From Xanthobacteraceae bacterium (GTDB taxonomy: Bacteria; Pseudomonadota; Alphaproteobacteria; Rhizobiales; Xanthobacteraceae), in assembly GCA_049285335.1 (NCBI GenBank), contig JBAPZR010000639.1:12386-76385 (forward strand): a DNA stretch of 64,000 bases, in the 5' to 3' direction. The notes under the pieces are model-generated. The model saw nothing but the letters and a program-made list of their open reading frames with translations. It had not been told where the DNA came from and ran no database searches. Made by a program: the position numbers and the translations under genes. Below are positions 50,320-59,731 of the stretch, piece by piece (within the stretch, counting starts at the first letter, position 1; each line of letters begins with the position of its first letter).

Positions 50320-50898
50320 ATGGCCAATCCACGTCAATCGGAACGGGACACGGTTGAAGCGGGTCACGAAACAACCCGGAGAGCCGCCGATCAGGCATCG
50401 CAGGTCGGCCGCACAATGTCGGACGCGGCGGAAGACACCGCGCGCGCCGGGAACGAGGCGTTCCGGCGCAATGCCGAAAGTATCAGCAGAACTTGGCGGG
50501 AAAGCAGTCAAGCCGCAACGCGAATTGCCGAGCGCTCGATGGATCAATTCTCCAAACTCTTCGGGCTTTCCGGCGACGGCGCCAGAGAAACAATGCAGCA
50601 GTCGGCCGGCAACGTCCAAGCGCTCATCGACAGTTCCACGGTAGTTGTCAGCGGTCTGCAGAACGCATCAGGCGAATGGGTGCGCTTCGTACAGAATCGC
50701 ATCGAGGAAAATCTCGACCACTTCGAGGAGCTTCTGGGCTGCCGCACGCCGCAAGAATGCATGGCGCTTCAGACTCGGGTCGCCCGAGACAATCTTGAGG
50801 CGTTGCTACAAAGCGCGCGCCGTACCTCCGAGCTTTCGACCAAGCTGGCCGACGAGGCGGTGAGAAGGATGAGCGACTCGGCGCTGGCGCCGCGTTGA
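50320..50898 (+). CDS. Phasin family protein
   Basis: 192 aa, helical, Phasin_2-like (FRRNAESISRTW...NLDHFEELLGCRTPQECMALQTRVARDNLEAL). ATG at 50320 with AAGGAGAGG upstream. Confidence 0.8.
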   Translation: MANPRQSERDTVEAGHETTRRAADQASQVGRTMSDAAEDTARAGNEAFRRNAESISRTWRESSQAATRIAERSMDQFSKLFGLSGDGARETMQQSAGNVQALIDSSTVVVSGLQNASGEWVRFVQNRIEENLDHFEELLGCRTPQECMALQTRVARDNLEALLQSARRTSELSTKLADEAVRRMSDSALAPR

Positions 50899-51357
50899 CG
50901 CGCATCGGTTCGGGCGACGCTATAATACGCCCGCCCGCACCATGATGACGCCGCGATCGATCACCCCGAACGCGCGGGCGGCGCCATGCAAAGATCAATT
51001 TCCCCGACCGCGGCCGAACGCAGCGCGGTCGGAGGAGTGAACCGGTCCCCATGGAAACGTCATACCGGTCTCGTCCGCTCAGGCGGCTTTACCCAATCCC
51101 CGGGACCGAAAGAATGACCGCCGCATTGCGGCAAACCAGTTCAAATTGGCGAGAGCTCAATCGGTGCGACCGTTGTCATCTGTTCACGATATGACTTTGT
51201 GTGTTTGATAAGGCGGATTGAAGCCGGACCGACCGTTGACGCAGATCAATGCCGGCAACGCGTTGATGGGTCTCAGTAATGGTTCTTGCTTGCCGCGGTG
51301 GCGCTCCCGCTCAAGCGGTTGATGCGCCGACGCGCTTGTCGAACGGGAGAATGACAC

Positions 51358-52263
51358 ATGCGGACCGATGATTTTCGTCCCAGCGACAATGTGGAAGACG
51401 ATCGCGAAGCGAGCGCGTCGCGCGGCATACCTGGCGGCAGGGGCGGACTTGGCATCGGCGCGATTGTCATTATTTTCATCGTCAGCTGGTTCCTCGGCAT
51501 CGATCCCCGCGTGCTGCTTAATGGCGCGCAGCTGGTCTTGGGCGGCGGATCGCCCTCCGAGCAGACCGACACCGCGCCGCCTGTGACGGCGGGTACGCCG
51601 AACGACCCGACCGGACAGTTCGTCGCCAAGGTCCTCGGCAGCACCGAAGACACCTGGAAGGAGATTTTCGCGCAGTACGGGCGGACCTATGATCCGCCGA
51701 AGCTGCGCCTGTACAGCGGCTCCGAGCCGACCGCTTGCGCCTTCGCCCGCTCGGCGATGGGTCCATTCTACTGCCCGCGCGATCAACGGGTCTATCTCGA
51801 CACCTCGTTCTTCAACGATCTGCAGAACAAGTTTGGCGGCTGCTCGAACAGCAAGGCCTGCCAATTCTCCGAGGCCTATGTCATTGCCCACGAAGTCGGC
51901 CATCACGTGCAAAACGAGCTCGGAATCCTGCCGCGCGTGACGCAGGCGCAACAAGCCGCGTCAAGCCAAACAGACGCCAACCAGCTACAGGTGCGTGTGG
52001 AGCTGCAGGCGGATTGCTTCGCCGGCGTGTGGGCGAACCGTGCTCAGAAGAATACTCCGTTCCTCGAGCAGGGCGATGTCGATCAGGCTCTGCAGACAGC
52101 TTCGGCGATTGGCGACGACCGTTTGCAGAAGGAATCGCAAGGCTATGTCGTGCCCGATTCCTTCACGCACGGCTCCGCCGCGCAACGCAAGCGTTGGTTC
52201 TCGACCGGTCTCACCAACGGGACCATCGAAAGCTGCAATACCTTCGCCTCCAATAATCTCTGA
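51358..52263 (+). CDS. YpfJ-type putative neutral zinc metallopeptidase
   Basis: MRTDDFRPSDNVEDDR, a TM segment, HEVGHHVQN zinc motif, ELQADCFAGVWA. Confidence 0.9.
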   Translation: MRTDDFRPSDNVEDDREASASRGIPGGRGGLGIGAIVIIFIVSWFLGIDPRVLLNGAQLVLGGGSPSEQTDTAPPVTAGTPNDPTGQFVAKVLGSTEDTWKEIFAQYGRTYDPPKLRLYSGSEPTACAFARSAMGPFYCPRDQRVYLDTSFFNDLQNKFGGCSNSKACQFSEAYVIAHEVGHHVQNELGILPRVTQAQQAASSQTDANQLQVRVELQADCFAGVWANRAQKNTPFLEQGDVDQALQTASAIGDDRLQKESQGYVVPDSFTHGSAAQRKRWFSTGLTNGTIESCNTFASNNL

Positions 52264-52410
52264 AGCGATCGCGCCGTCCGGCTCGCGTCTAGCGGCGGCG
52301 CGGTTAGCGTCCCTTCGCGACAGCGCGGTCAAAAAGCGCGCTTCTGTGCTGGCGATCACATTCCTTGTCGGCGGACCCTGTATATCGAAAGTGCGGACAG
52401 GGAGATGATC

Positions 52411-52581
52411 ATGAGCAAGTTGATGGCGGACGCTCGCAAGTTGTTAAATCTGGATCCAGTCGGCGGCTCTGGTATTCGATGCCAGGATTCAGCGACGCTT
52501 AGCGATTGGTGCTTGCAGGATATCGGGCTCACTCGGTTCACGCGGAATTTTGACGCAGCGAAGCCCTTCTGGATGGCCTAA
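52411..52581 (+). CDS. DUF1127 domain-containing small protein (56 aa)
   Basis: Below the ORF-track cutoff. Translation ends ..LSDWCLQDIGLTRFTRNFDAAKPFWMA, matching the DUF1127 C-terminal signature (L-x-D-I-G-L-x-R ... KPFW). GGGAG RBS; the ATG at 52405 is an alternative start. Confidence 0.7.
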   Translation: MSKLMADARKLLNLDPVGGSGIRCQDSATLSDWCLQDIGLTRFTRNFDAAKPFWMA

Positions 52582-52816
52582 AGCGCGCTCGGCGAATCGC
52601 GCCTCGACCGCGCAGCGTCTGCGCGAGGAAGCTCCCGCCTCAATTTTCACGCTAAATCGACTCTACAAAGCAACGCCGACCCTCACATGCCGGTGCGTCG
52701 TGTGCCCCAGCGTTCTCGCAGATGCGGCGCATGCGGCGATGTGAAACGCGCAAGGCATTGATCACAAGGGGCGGGCGCCTTGCGGAGTCACGGCAGCCCC
52801 AATATGGATCGGCGCC

Positions 52817-53638
52817 ATGATCTACTTTCTCACCAGCCAACCGATTTGGCTATCTGGCGTGCTGGTCGTCGGCTTGGGCACCCTGCTTTCGATGCTCGGT
52901 CCGGCATTGGTGCGCCGCTATGTTGGCATCAAGCGGCTGACGGCGAACAACGAGGTCGCCGGATTCAAATTTGCAACCATTGGCGTCCTTTACGCGGTCC
53001 TGCTCGCATTCGCCATCATCGTTGTGTGGCAGAAATTCAGCGACGCCGAAGTCGATGTCGTGCACGAGGCCGGCGCCGCTGAGAACATATACCGCCTGTC
53101 ACAAGGCCTGACCGACAAGGGCGGCATTGCCGTGCGCGACGCCGTCGCCAATTATCTCAAAGTGACCATAGATAATGACTGGCCGGCGATGGACCGCGGC
53201 ACGGCAGGCGCGGGCGGCGCCCCCAAACAGGCGCTCGATGCCATCTACGCGGCGCTGTTATCGTCGAACGCGCAGAGTAACGGCGCCGTCGTTTCGGAAA
53301 TGCTTCGCCAGCTCGAACTCATTACGCAGGCGCGCCGCGCCCGACTGGTCGCGTCTCAGGGCGCCGTACCGAACGTCATCTGGCTGGTGTTGCTGGGCGG
53401 AGCCGCGATCACGATCGGCTTTACGTTTTTCTTCGGCGCCGAAATCCTGCGGGCGCAAGTCGTGATGACGGCGTTTCTTGCCATGCTGATCTTTTCGGAA
53501 CTATTGATCGTCATCGCCATCGATCGGCCCTTCACCGGAACGGTAAAGGTCGAACCAAACGCTCTTGCCGCGGTGCTTGCCGACCTCGAAAGTCGGAGCG
53601 GCAGCAGCCCGGGCCAGGTCGCGCCGGAGCAGAAATAG
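52817..53638 (+). CDS. DUF4239 domain-containing membrane protein
   Basis: 273 aa with two N-terminal and two C-terminal TM segments around a soluble middle, the layout typical of DUF4239. Confidence 0.7.
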   Translation: MIYFLTSQPIWLSGVLVVGLGTLLSMLGPALVRRYVGIKRLTANNEVAGFKFATIGVLYAVLLAFAIIVVWQKFSDAEVDVVHEAGAAENIYRLSQGLTDKGGIAVRDAVANYLKVTIDNDWPAMDRGTAGAGGAPKQALDAIYAALLSSNAQSNGAVVSEMLRQLELITQARRARLVASQGAVPNVIWLVLLGGAAITIGFTFFFGAEILRAQVVMTAFLAMLIFSELLIVIAIDRPFTGTVKVEPNALAAVLADLESRSGSSPGQVAPEQK

Positions 53639-54158
53639 CGGGCCGAGGACCGCCGCCTTGCTCTCTCCCATATATCGACGAACGTTCACTGCCGCACGCG
53701 AGCCGACACGCGCGCACTGGCCTGCACGTTGATGCCGATACGCGCTTATTTGCTCAACGCGGACTCAAACTCTAGAAGCGTAACAACGCCTGATGCTGGT
53801 AAAGGCGGACCGGGCCGAGAATGACGGCGACGATTTGTATGATCTGTCTGACGCGCCACGGCGCCGGCAAGCCAGATCAGATAGAGGATCAGGAAAAAGA
53901 TCGCAGCCAATAAGAGCGAGCGAGGATCGCTGCGCAATTAGAGCGACTCGAAGGGTTTGCGGCGACCGAGCAGACGGCGCCGCGCCAGTCACTTCGTTGT
54001 CACGAACCGGGCGGATTATTGATTGTTGGGCGCCGGCGCCGGTCCTCGGTCGCTCCAGGCGTCGAGCCGACGCCCGACCGGTGATTCGCCGACCGGTTGA
54101 GTTGGCGCAAGCGCAGATCGTCATTGCCCCAACGTCAATCCCTTCGCTGAGGTCCAGA

Positions 54159-54392
54159 ATGCAAGATGACAATTCCGAACTCGATCGAATGCAGAACGCC
54201 TACAAAGCGGCTGTGGAGGAGTGGATCGCTGCGATCAAAACGGAGGAGGAGCTGGCGTCAGTCAATCATTCGATTGCCGAAGTCGACAAATGGGAAGACG
54301 CGCACTTCAAAGAGGATGAAGTACGCAATAAGGTAAAGGCGGCCAAGAGACAGTACGAAGATGCGCTGCGTGAAAAGTTCTTCGGCTTTTAG
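54159..54392 (+). CDS. Small helical hypothetical protein (77 aa)
   Basis: MQDDNSELDRMQNAYKAAVEEWIAAIK...KRQYEDALREKFFGF. GAGG RBS 8 nt upstream. The track ORF from 53793 has an implausible N-terminus. Confidence 0.6.
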   Translation: MQDDNSELDRMQNAYKAAVEEWIAAIKTEEELASVNHSIAEVDKWEDAHFKEDEVRNKVKAAKRQYEDALREKFFGF

Positions 54393-54816
54393 GGCATGAT
54401 CCGGAAAACGCCCGCTCCGGACTTGATCGGGGTGATGCCGGCATTCGCTGGATCATGCGGCATCAAATAAGAATGAGAAATCGTTCGGCTGACATTTCTG
54501 CTACAGTAAATGATTATTTTTGACTGCGGGGCGCGCGCCTTGTTGCGGTCAATATTGCTCGGGCCGCCGGCGTTTTGTGGAGGCCTTAGGGTTGTGAGCC
54601 GGTGCCTGTTCTCACACAATCCGATGCGCGATGAATGCGATAGAAGCGGTCAGGGCGGTCGTCGCCGCCTCTCGCGGGATGCGAAGCGTCACCATCAATT
54701 GATCATCCGACCTGCGCAATTCGGCCGTCACTGCACGCTCTAATCGGGGTCCGAGGAAAGAGTAGCCGTCCGCCGCCCCGGTCGCCAGTGCTGGCATTTT
54801 TACCTTCGTTAACGAA

Positions 54817-55077
54817 ATGAAAACAGCCAACCTCCTCACACTCGTCGTCGGCCGTCGCGCTCCTCATGATGCCACGCCCGAGCGGCGGCATTTTCAGCCG
54901 CCCTGGTTGGTGGAGGATCTCATGAGCTGCTTTGTGGTGAAGGCAAGAAGCGGCCAAGAATTGGCCTTTATCTACTACGAGGAGGACCCCCGACGGCGCT
55001 CGATCGTGAAGCTTTTGAGCCGCGACGAAGCGCGGCGCGTTGCGGCTGCTATCGCTAAGCTCCCGGAAATGGTGTGA
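54817..55077 (+). CDS. Small conserved-looking hypothetical protein (86 aa)
   Basis: PWLVEDLMSCFVVKARSGQELAFIYYEEDPRRRSIVKLLSRDEARRVAAAIAKLPE resembles a small Rhizobiales family of unknown function. Confidence 0.5.
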   Translation: MKTANLLTLVVGRRAPHDATPERRHFQPPWLVEDLMSCFVVKARSGQELAFIYYEEDPRRRSIVKLLSRDEARRVAAAIAKLPEMV

Positions 55078-55550
55078 AAAGGCGGAGTGGCAATCCCGTT
55101 GAAAGTCCTGCGCGCTGAAGTCCTGCGCGCTGAAGTCCTACGCTCCAAGTCTGGCGCCAAAGTCAAGCTGACATCCACGGCCGCCGGCGCTTCATCGACT
55201 GTCGGAAGCACGCGCAAGCCCTAACCGCGCACAAGTCTTCGTGAGCACAAGTGTTAACGACCGACGAAACTCCTCGGCGGCCTTTTGCGTTGTCGCTTTA
55301 GAGCAACAAGCCTAAGCGCGACGACCATTAGATAGGGTGCCGACCGAACTGCCTATGACATTTCCGCCACAGCAAGTGATTTTTTCCCGTTCGACAGCAG
55401 TGCGCCGCTGAGTTGCCCAAATTGGACGGTGATTAGAGACACACGCGACTTGCCGTCGCTTGGGTGTGATCCAGGTCACAGATCGGAAATGAGCAAGATG
55501 CAAGGACAGGCCGGGATCGCAAAACGTATCGCGACCGTTGGGAGCGTCAG

Positions 55551-55691
55551 ATGAGTTATTTGTCGAATGTCGTGAGCGAGCGTCCGATGCTCCGCGTGGC
55601 AGCGTCGGTCATTGTCGCATTCTGTTTTGCAGTGCCGCTGGTGTGGTTGTTTTCCAACCTGGTGGTCTACGGTCTACGTTCTTTTCTTTGA
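55551..55691 (+). CDS. Possible 46-aa hydrophobic micro-protein
   Basis: Not in the track. GGGAG lies 6 nt upstream. MSYLSNVVSERPMLRVAASVIVAFCFAVPLVWLFSNLVVYGLRSFL (one TM). Confidence 0.25.
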   Translation: MSYLSNVVSERPMLRVAASVIVAFCFAVPLVWLFSNLVVYGLRSFL

Positions 55692-55740
55692 ACGCAGGTT
55701 GCCCCGAGAACGGTTATCCGATCACCGGAGCGCCACCCTT

Positions 55741-55899
55741 TCAGCAGGCCTTTTCAATTCCGCCCGTGGCGTAGCACTTCAGGCTGCCGACCCCGCTCAT
55801 GGAAACGGTGTGGTGAGAAAGCGTCAGCAGCGTCGTTCCGATCAGCATCATAGCCACGGTGCCAACCAGGACCACGGGCCGCAATACGTCGTGTTTCAT
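55741..55899 (-). CDS. Possible 52-aa hydrophobic micro-protein
   Basis: Not in the track. MKHDVLRPVVLVGTVAMMLIGTTLLTLSHH... (one TM). Convergent with 55551..55691. Confidence 0.25.
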   Translation of the reverse strand: MKHDVLRPVVLVGTVAMMLIGTTLLTLSHHTVSMSGVGSLKCYATGGIEKAC

Positions 55900-56376
55900 G
55901 AAGCTACTCCCCGACTTCCCAGTGACATTCTAGCAACACTTATTGCCGATGGCGACCCCCAAAATGGCGAATTGTGGCCGCACTCTCCGCAGCCGGGGAG
56001 CGGTCTTTTTCGATAGATAGGCGTTAGACTTAGGTTCCGCCGGCGAATAAGCCCATCGACCCCGCCGCCCCAATCGCGCGGTGGCACCAGATGGCCGGGA
56101 GGCGGTGCAGGAGGCTCTGGTCGTGCCCGATCGGGGCCTCCACATCTGGCGTTCGCTGGCGGCGCATCCGCGCATTCTCGATTGATGGCCGTCGGCTAAG
56201 GTCAATGCCGTTTACCTTCGATTCAGCTTAATCCTTAAGCCTGAATTCAAATCTCCTCGCCATAATTGAATAACGCTCATTAGACGGGCTGGGGGCTCTT
56301 TCGAACTTCGCATTCCGGCGAACGCCTCACAGAACGGGCGGCCGATTTGATTTGTCCAGGATCGGGAAAACCGAAC

Positions 56377-56925
56377 ATGACGGCCTTAGGTCAAGCGCGT
56401 TTATTGCTTCTGCATTGCGTTCGACAGAACGTAAGTGCGGCGCGGCAACTGCACCCGGTCGCCCAAGCGCTCTTCCAAGCGCTCTTGGCGCTCGCCGCAG
56501 CTTCGCTCGTGCTGACGATTGCCGCTTGCTCTTCCAATTCGGCCCAGGAGAGGTCCGCGTCGGGCCAGGCGCCGAACCAAACCTCAAACCAAATAAGGTT
56601 AATGAGAGAGAAGTGGAGCAGGCAGAGGTTAGCGTCCTACCGTGCCGCGGTCGTCCATCCCCGGCCCGGACGACAAGCCCACCGATCGGACCGGACGCTC
56701 GTCGCTCACGAACCAGTCGATGAATCCGCCCACGCACCAATCCACGAACCGCCGCCGCCCGACTGCAAATTTAAAGGACCGGAGCCCGACACCGTCGATG
56801 CCGATCAATGGGCTCGCTTGAAGCTCGACTACGAGCGGCATTGCTATGAGCAGGCCGAGGAAGCCGACCGCAAGCAGTTGGAGCAGCTGTTGGCTTCGCG
56901 CAAATGCCGGGTCGAATCCAACTAA
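56377..56925 (+). CDS. Hypothetical lipoprotein
   Basis: Lipobox LTIAAC after a hydrophobic stretch. C-terminal WARLKLDYERHCYEQAE. Start is uncertain (long leader if 56377). Confidence 0.5.
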   Translation: MTALGQARLLLLHCVRQNVSAARQLHPVAQALFQALLALAAASLVLTIAACSSNSAQERSASGQAPNQTSNQIRLMREKWSRQRLASYRAAVVHPRPGRQAHRSDRTLVAHEPVDESAHAPIHEPPPPDCKFKGPEPDTVDADQWARLKLDYERHCYEQAEEADRKQLEQLLASRKCRVESN

Positions 56926-57069
56926 ACCGGCCACCGTTTCAACTCACTGTCACCAAACCGCCACAATTACGCTTCTGTTGGGTGAAAAATTTTCATTTTA
57001 TTGGCTTTATCGCCTGGAGTTTGCACCGGACTCTGCGGTGGAGGCCTTTGGCAGGAGTGCCACCGGGTA

Positions 57070-58257
57070 ATGACGACGCTTTACGACATGCTCGACGTTC
57101 GACCAGATGATGACGCCGGCGCGGTCAAGGAGGCATTCCGTAAGGCCGTCAAGGTCAGCCACCCGGACCTCAACGCGGACGATCCAAACGCTCCGGCGCG
57201 CTTCATGGAAATTGTCCGCGCCAACGCCATTTTGTGCGATCCGGAATTGCGCGCGGTTTACGACCGGATGCTCGAATTCGAGCGCCAGCAGCATCAACTG
57301 GCATCGGCGACTTATAAAATCTTTCCCGACGCCATCGTCGTGGTCGTCCTCGCGGTGGTGATGGCGGGAGCCTACACGCTCTATACCAACTTTCCGGAGG
57401 CGTCGGGTTATCTGCCGAGAATATTCACGACGAAAATCAAAGCGGGCGCGGATACCGCGCGCGCAGCGGCCGATGCCACCACAGTGCGGCCGTCGCCGCC
57501 GGATGAGACGCGCTTCGTCGACAGTCCGCGCGAAGAAGTTGAGAGCGCCGCAGTGCCAGTGCTCGGCGCTGTTGCAGCGACGGAGACGAACGCGGTTGCC
57601 GCCGAGGATGCCGCGCGTGCGTCGGCTAACTCCGCTGCGCAGTCATCGCCGCTACACGATTTAAACGCCGCAGGTGGCCCGCACGATCACGTCGGTGGCG
57701 CCGAGACCTCCGAAACGGCCGTTGCTACACCGACGGAGAAGAACGCCGCCACCGAGAATGCCGCGCATGCGTCGGCTAACTCCGCTGCGCAGTCATCGCC
57801 GCTACACGATTTAAACGCCGCAGGTGGCCCGCACGATCAAGGCGCGAGCGCCGCGCCCGCGCCGCCCGCCGCCGTTGCACCCGTAGCGAACGACAGCGCT
57901 TCAGCGAAGGATGCCGTGGCTGCGCCAGGCGCTGTTGCGCCGCCCGCGATCGATCACGCCGTCGACACGGCTTCCTCTCACGAGCCGCCCCCCAGCGCTC
58001 CCGTGAAGGACGCCGAGTTTTATCGCCGGCAGGGCATCGCCTCATACCGCAATGGCGATCTTCCCATGGCGATCGCCGACTTCGATCTCGCCATTCGGCT
58101 CGATCCGAATCTTGAAGACGTCTATATCGACCGCGGTATCGTTTTATATCGCCTGCACCAGTCTGACCGCGCTTTCGCGGATGTCGCCCAGGCGATGCGT
58201 ATCGAACATTCTCATCAAAATACGCCGCCGTTGCCGCGCGTCCGCCCGGCCGACTGA
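57070..58257 (+). CDS. Membrane-anchored J-domain protein with internal 50-aa duplication and C-terminal TPR repeats
   Basis: LYDMLDVRPDDDAGAVKEAFRKAVKVSHPDLN (HPD), one TM (IVVVVLAVVMAGAY), two copies of ASANSAAQSSPLHDLNAAGGPHD, and a TPR-like end (YRRQGIASYRNGDLPMAIADFDLAIRLDPN). Confidence 0.8.
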   Translation: MTTLYDMLDVRPDDDAGAVKEAFRKAVKVSHPDLNADDPNAPARFMEIVRANAILCDPELRAVYDRMLEFERQQHQLASATYKIFPDAIVVVVLAVVMAGAYTLYTNFPEASGYLPRIFTTKIKAGADTARAAADATTVRPSPPDETRFVDSPREEVESAAVPVLGAVAATETNAVAAEDAARASANSAAQSSPLHDLNAAGGPHDHVGGAETSETAVATPTEKNAATENAAHASANSAAQSSPLHDLNAAGGPHDQGASAAPAPPAAVAPVANDSASAKDAVAAPGAVAPPAIDHAVDTASSHEPPPSAPVKDAEFYRRQGIASYRNGDLPMAIADFDLAIRLDPNLEDVYIDRGIVLYRLHQSDRAFADVAQAMRIEHSHQNTPPLPRVRPAD

Positions 58258-58465
58258 CCAAGAATTAACCTGATCGAATTTTTCTCGTATGCGTCGCGAA
58301 AACTTGCGCGGTGCGATCACGCGCGTCTTTTCCGTCGCGGCGTTTTAATAAAAGTTGAATAAAAATCTCCCACCGCCCGCAGTCCTCTCTTCACCGCATC
58401 AACACTCAGATCAAAGAGCGCGCCGTGGTCTACTGTAAGGTGCATGTCGGTGAACTTGAATCGCA

Positions 58466-59035
58466 TTGGCGCCGCTCATGCAAACGCTGGCATGCATCGT
58501 AGGCCGATTCCGCAACCGCTTTTTCGGTTGCGAAGTTCTGCGATGCGATAAGGGCGCTGCCGTCGTCGAATTTGCGCTGGTGGCCGCGCCCTTCCTGGCG
58601 CTTCTCATGGCGCTGTTCCAAACAGTGCTCGTCTTCTTTGCCGAGAGAGTGCTCGACGAGACCACTGAGCAGGCAAGCCGGTACATCATGACCGGCCAGG
58701 CGCAGCAATCGAACATGACGCAGTCGGAGTTCGCGAACTACGTCTGCCAAAACACATTCGCGCTCTTCAACTGCAAGAATTTCATGATCAATGTGCAGAG
58801 CTACAACTCGTTTGCCGCCGCAAGCACCACGACGCCGACATTGACCTTCAACGCGAAGGGCCAGGTGACAAACGTATGGACCTACGACCCGGGCAATCCC
58901 GGCGAGGTGGTCATTGTCCAAGTGATGTACCAGTGGAAGGTGCTTTTGGGTCCGCTCGGTTTCGACCTTTCGAACATCGCAAACGGCAATCGGCTCTTGA
59001 TATCGACTGCCGCGTTCAGAAACGAGCCGTTTTAA
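58466..59035 (+). CDS. TadE/TadG family type IVb pilus assembly protein (pseudopilin-like)
   Basis: GAAVVEFALVAAPFLALLMALFQ, the TadE-like N-terminal motif. Confidence 0.8.
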   Translation: MAPLMQTLACIVGRFRNRFFGCEVLRCDKGAAVVEFALVAAPFLALLMALFQTVLVFFAERVLDETTEQASRYIMTGQAQQSNMTQSEFANYVCQNTFALFNCKNFMINVQSYNSFAAASTTTPTLTFNAKGQVTNVWTYDPGNPGEVVIVQVMYQWKVLLGPLGFDLSNIANGNRLLISTAAFRNEPF

Positions 59036-59036
59036 G

Positions 59037-59603
59037 ATGAGCACAACCGTCGCTTTGCTTCGTCGCACGCTTCGTCGCACGTTGGGTCGCTTCGCCCGCG
59101 ATCGCCGGGGTATCTCGGCGGTGGAGTTCGCAATCGTTCTCCCGTTCATGGCTGCGCTCTATGCGGGCAGCATCGAATTCGGCGAGGGTCTCTCGACCGA
59201 ATATAAAGCGACGCTTGCCGCGCGCACCGTGGCCGACATCGCCTCGCAATATACCAGCATCGACGCGGCGACGATGACCAGCATTCTTGGCGCGGCATCC
59301 ACCGTGATGGCGCCCTATCCGGCCAACAACATGACCGTGGTCGTGTCGGAGGTGACAACCGACGCTAACGGTCACGGCATCATCACCTGGAGCGCTGCGC
59401 AGAACGGCAACGCGCACAAGGTCGGGCAGGCGGTGACGCTTCCGGCCGACTTGCAGATCCCGAGCATCTCGCTGCTTTGGGGCGAGGTGACATACCCTTA
59501 CACGCCAAGCCTGGGTTACGTGGCCACCGGCACGATCAGCTTGTACGAGAGCGAATATTTCTATCCGCGGCTGTCGAGCTGCGTGTCGTTTGGCGGCGCC
59601 TGA
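59037..59603 (+). CDS. TadE-like pilus assembly protein
   Basis: RRGISAVEFAIVLPFMAALYAGSIEF. Starts 1 nt after the previous gene. Confidence 0.8.
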   Translation: MSTTVALLRRTLRRTLGRFARDRRGISAVEFAIVLPFMAALYAGSIEFGEGLSTEYKATLAARTVADIASQYTSIDAATMTSILGAASTVMAPYPANNMTVVVSEVTTDANGHGIITWSAAQNGNAHKVGQAVTLPADLQIPSISLLWGEVTYPYTPSLGYVATGTISLYESEYFYPRLSSCVSFGGA

Positions 59604-59731
59604 CAAATACGACGTTTGTTGTTTGGCGGCGTCCCGTCGTTTGGTGTGCGGGCCGGTAACCGCATAAATTTCAATGACCGAGAAAATGCCCGCCGATAGA
59701 ACCGCGCGCCTGCGGCTGCGACGCCCGCGGA

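Noticed and set aside
52582-52816. Search for CcsR/cuckoo-type C-rich-loop sRNA hairpins downstream of the DUF1127 gene.
   Set aside because: Only one 4-bp stem with a CUCCCG loop, and a separate CGCGCAG/CTGCGCG hairpin without a U-tract. There is no repeated CCUCCUCCC hairpin array.
53746-53937. 63-aa minus-strand ORF with one hydrophobic segment (TTG start).
   Set aside because: No RBS, a rare start codon, and an Arg/Pro-rich tail. Evidence is insufficient to call it.
54000-54040. CGAAC-N17-GTTG upstream of the 77-aa gene, and GGAAAT-N16-TATTC upstream of the phasin gene (about 50258-50290), considered as further EcfG promoters.
   Set aside because: Both miss core positions of GGAAC or CGTT, so they are not distinguishable from chance.
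54785-54816. TGGCAT...TTTTACC upstream of the 86-aa ORF, considered as a sigma-54 promoter.
   Set aside because: There is no TTGC element at the required spacing (TGGCAC-N5-TTGC). It is only a partial -24 match.
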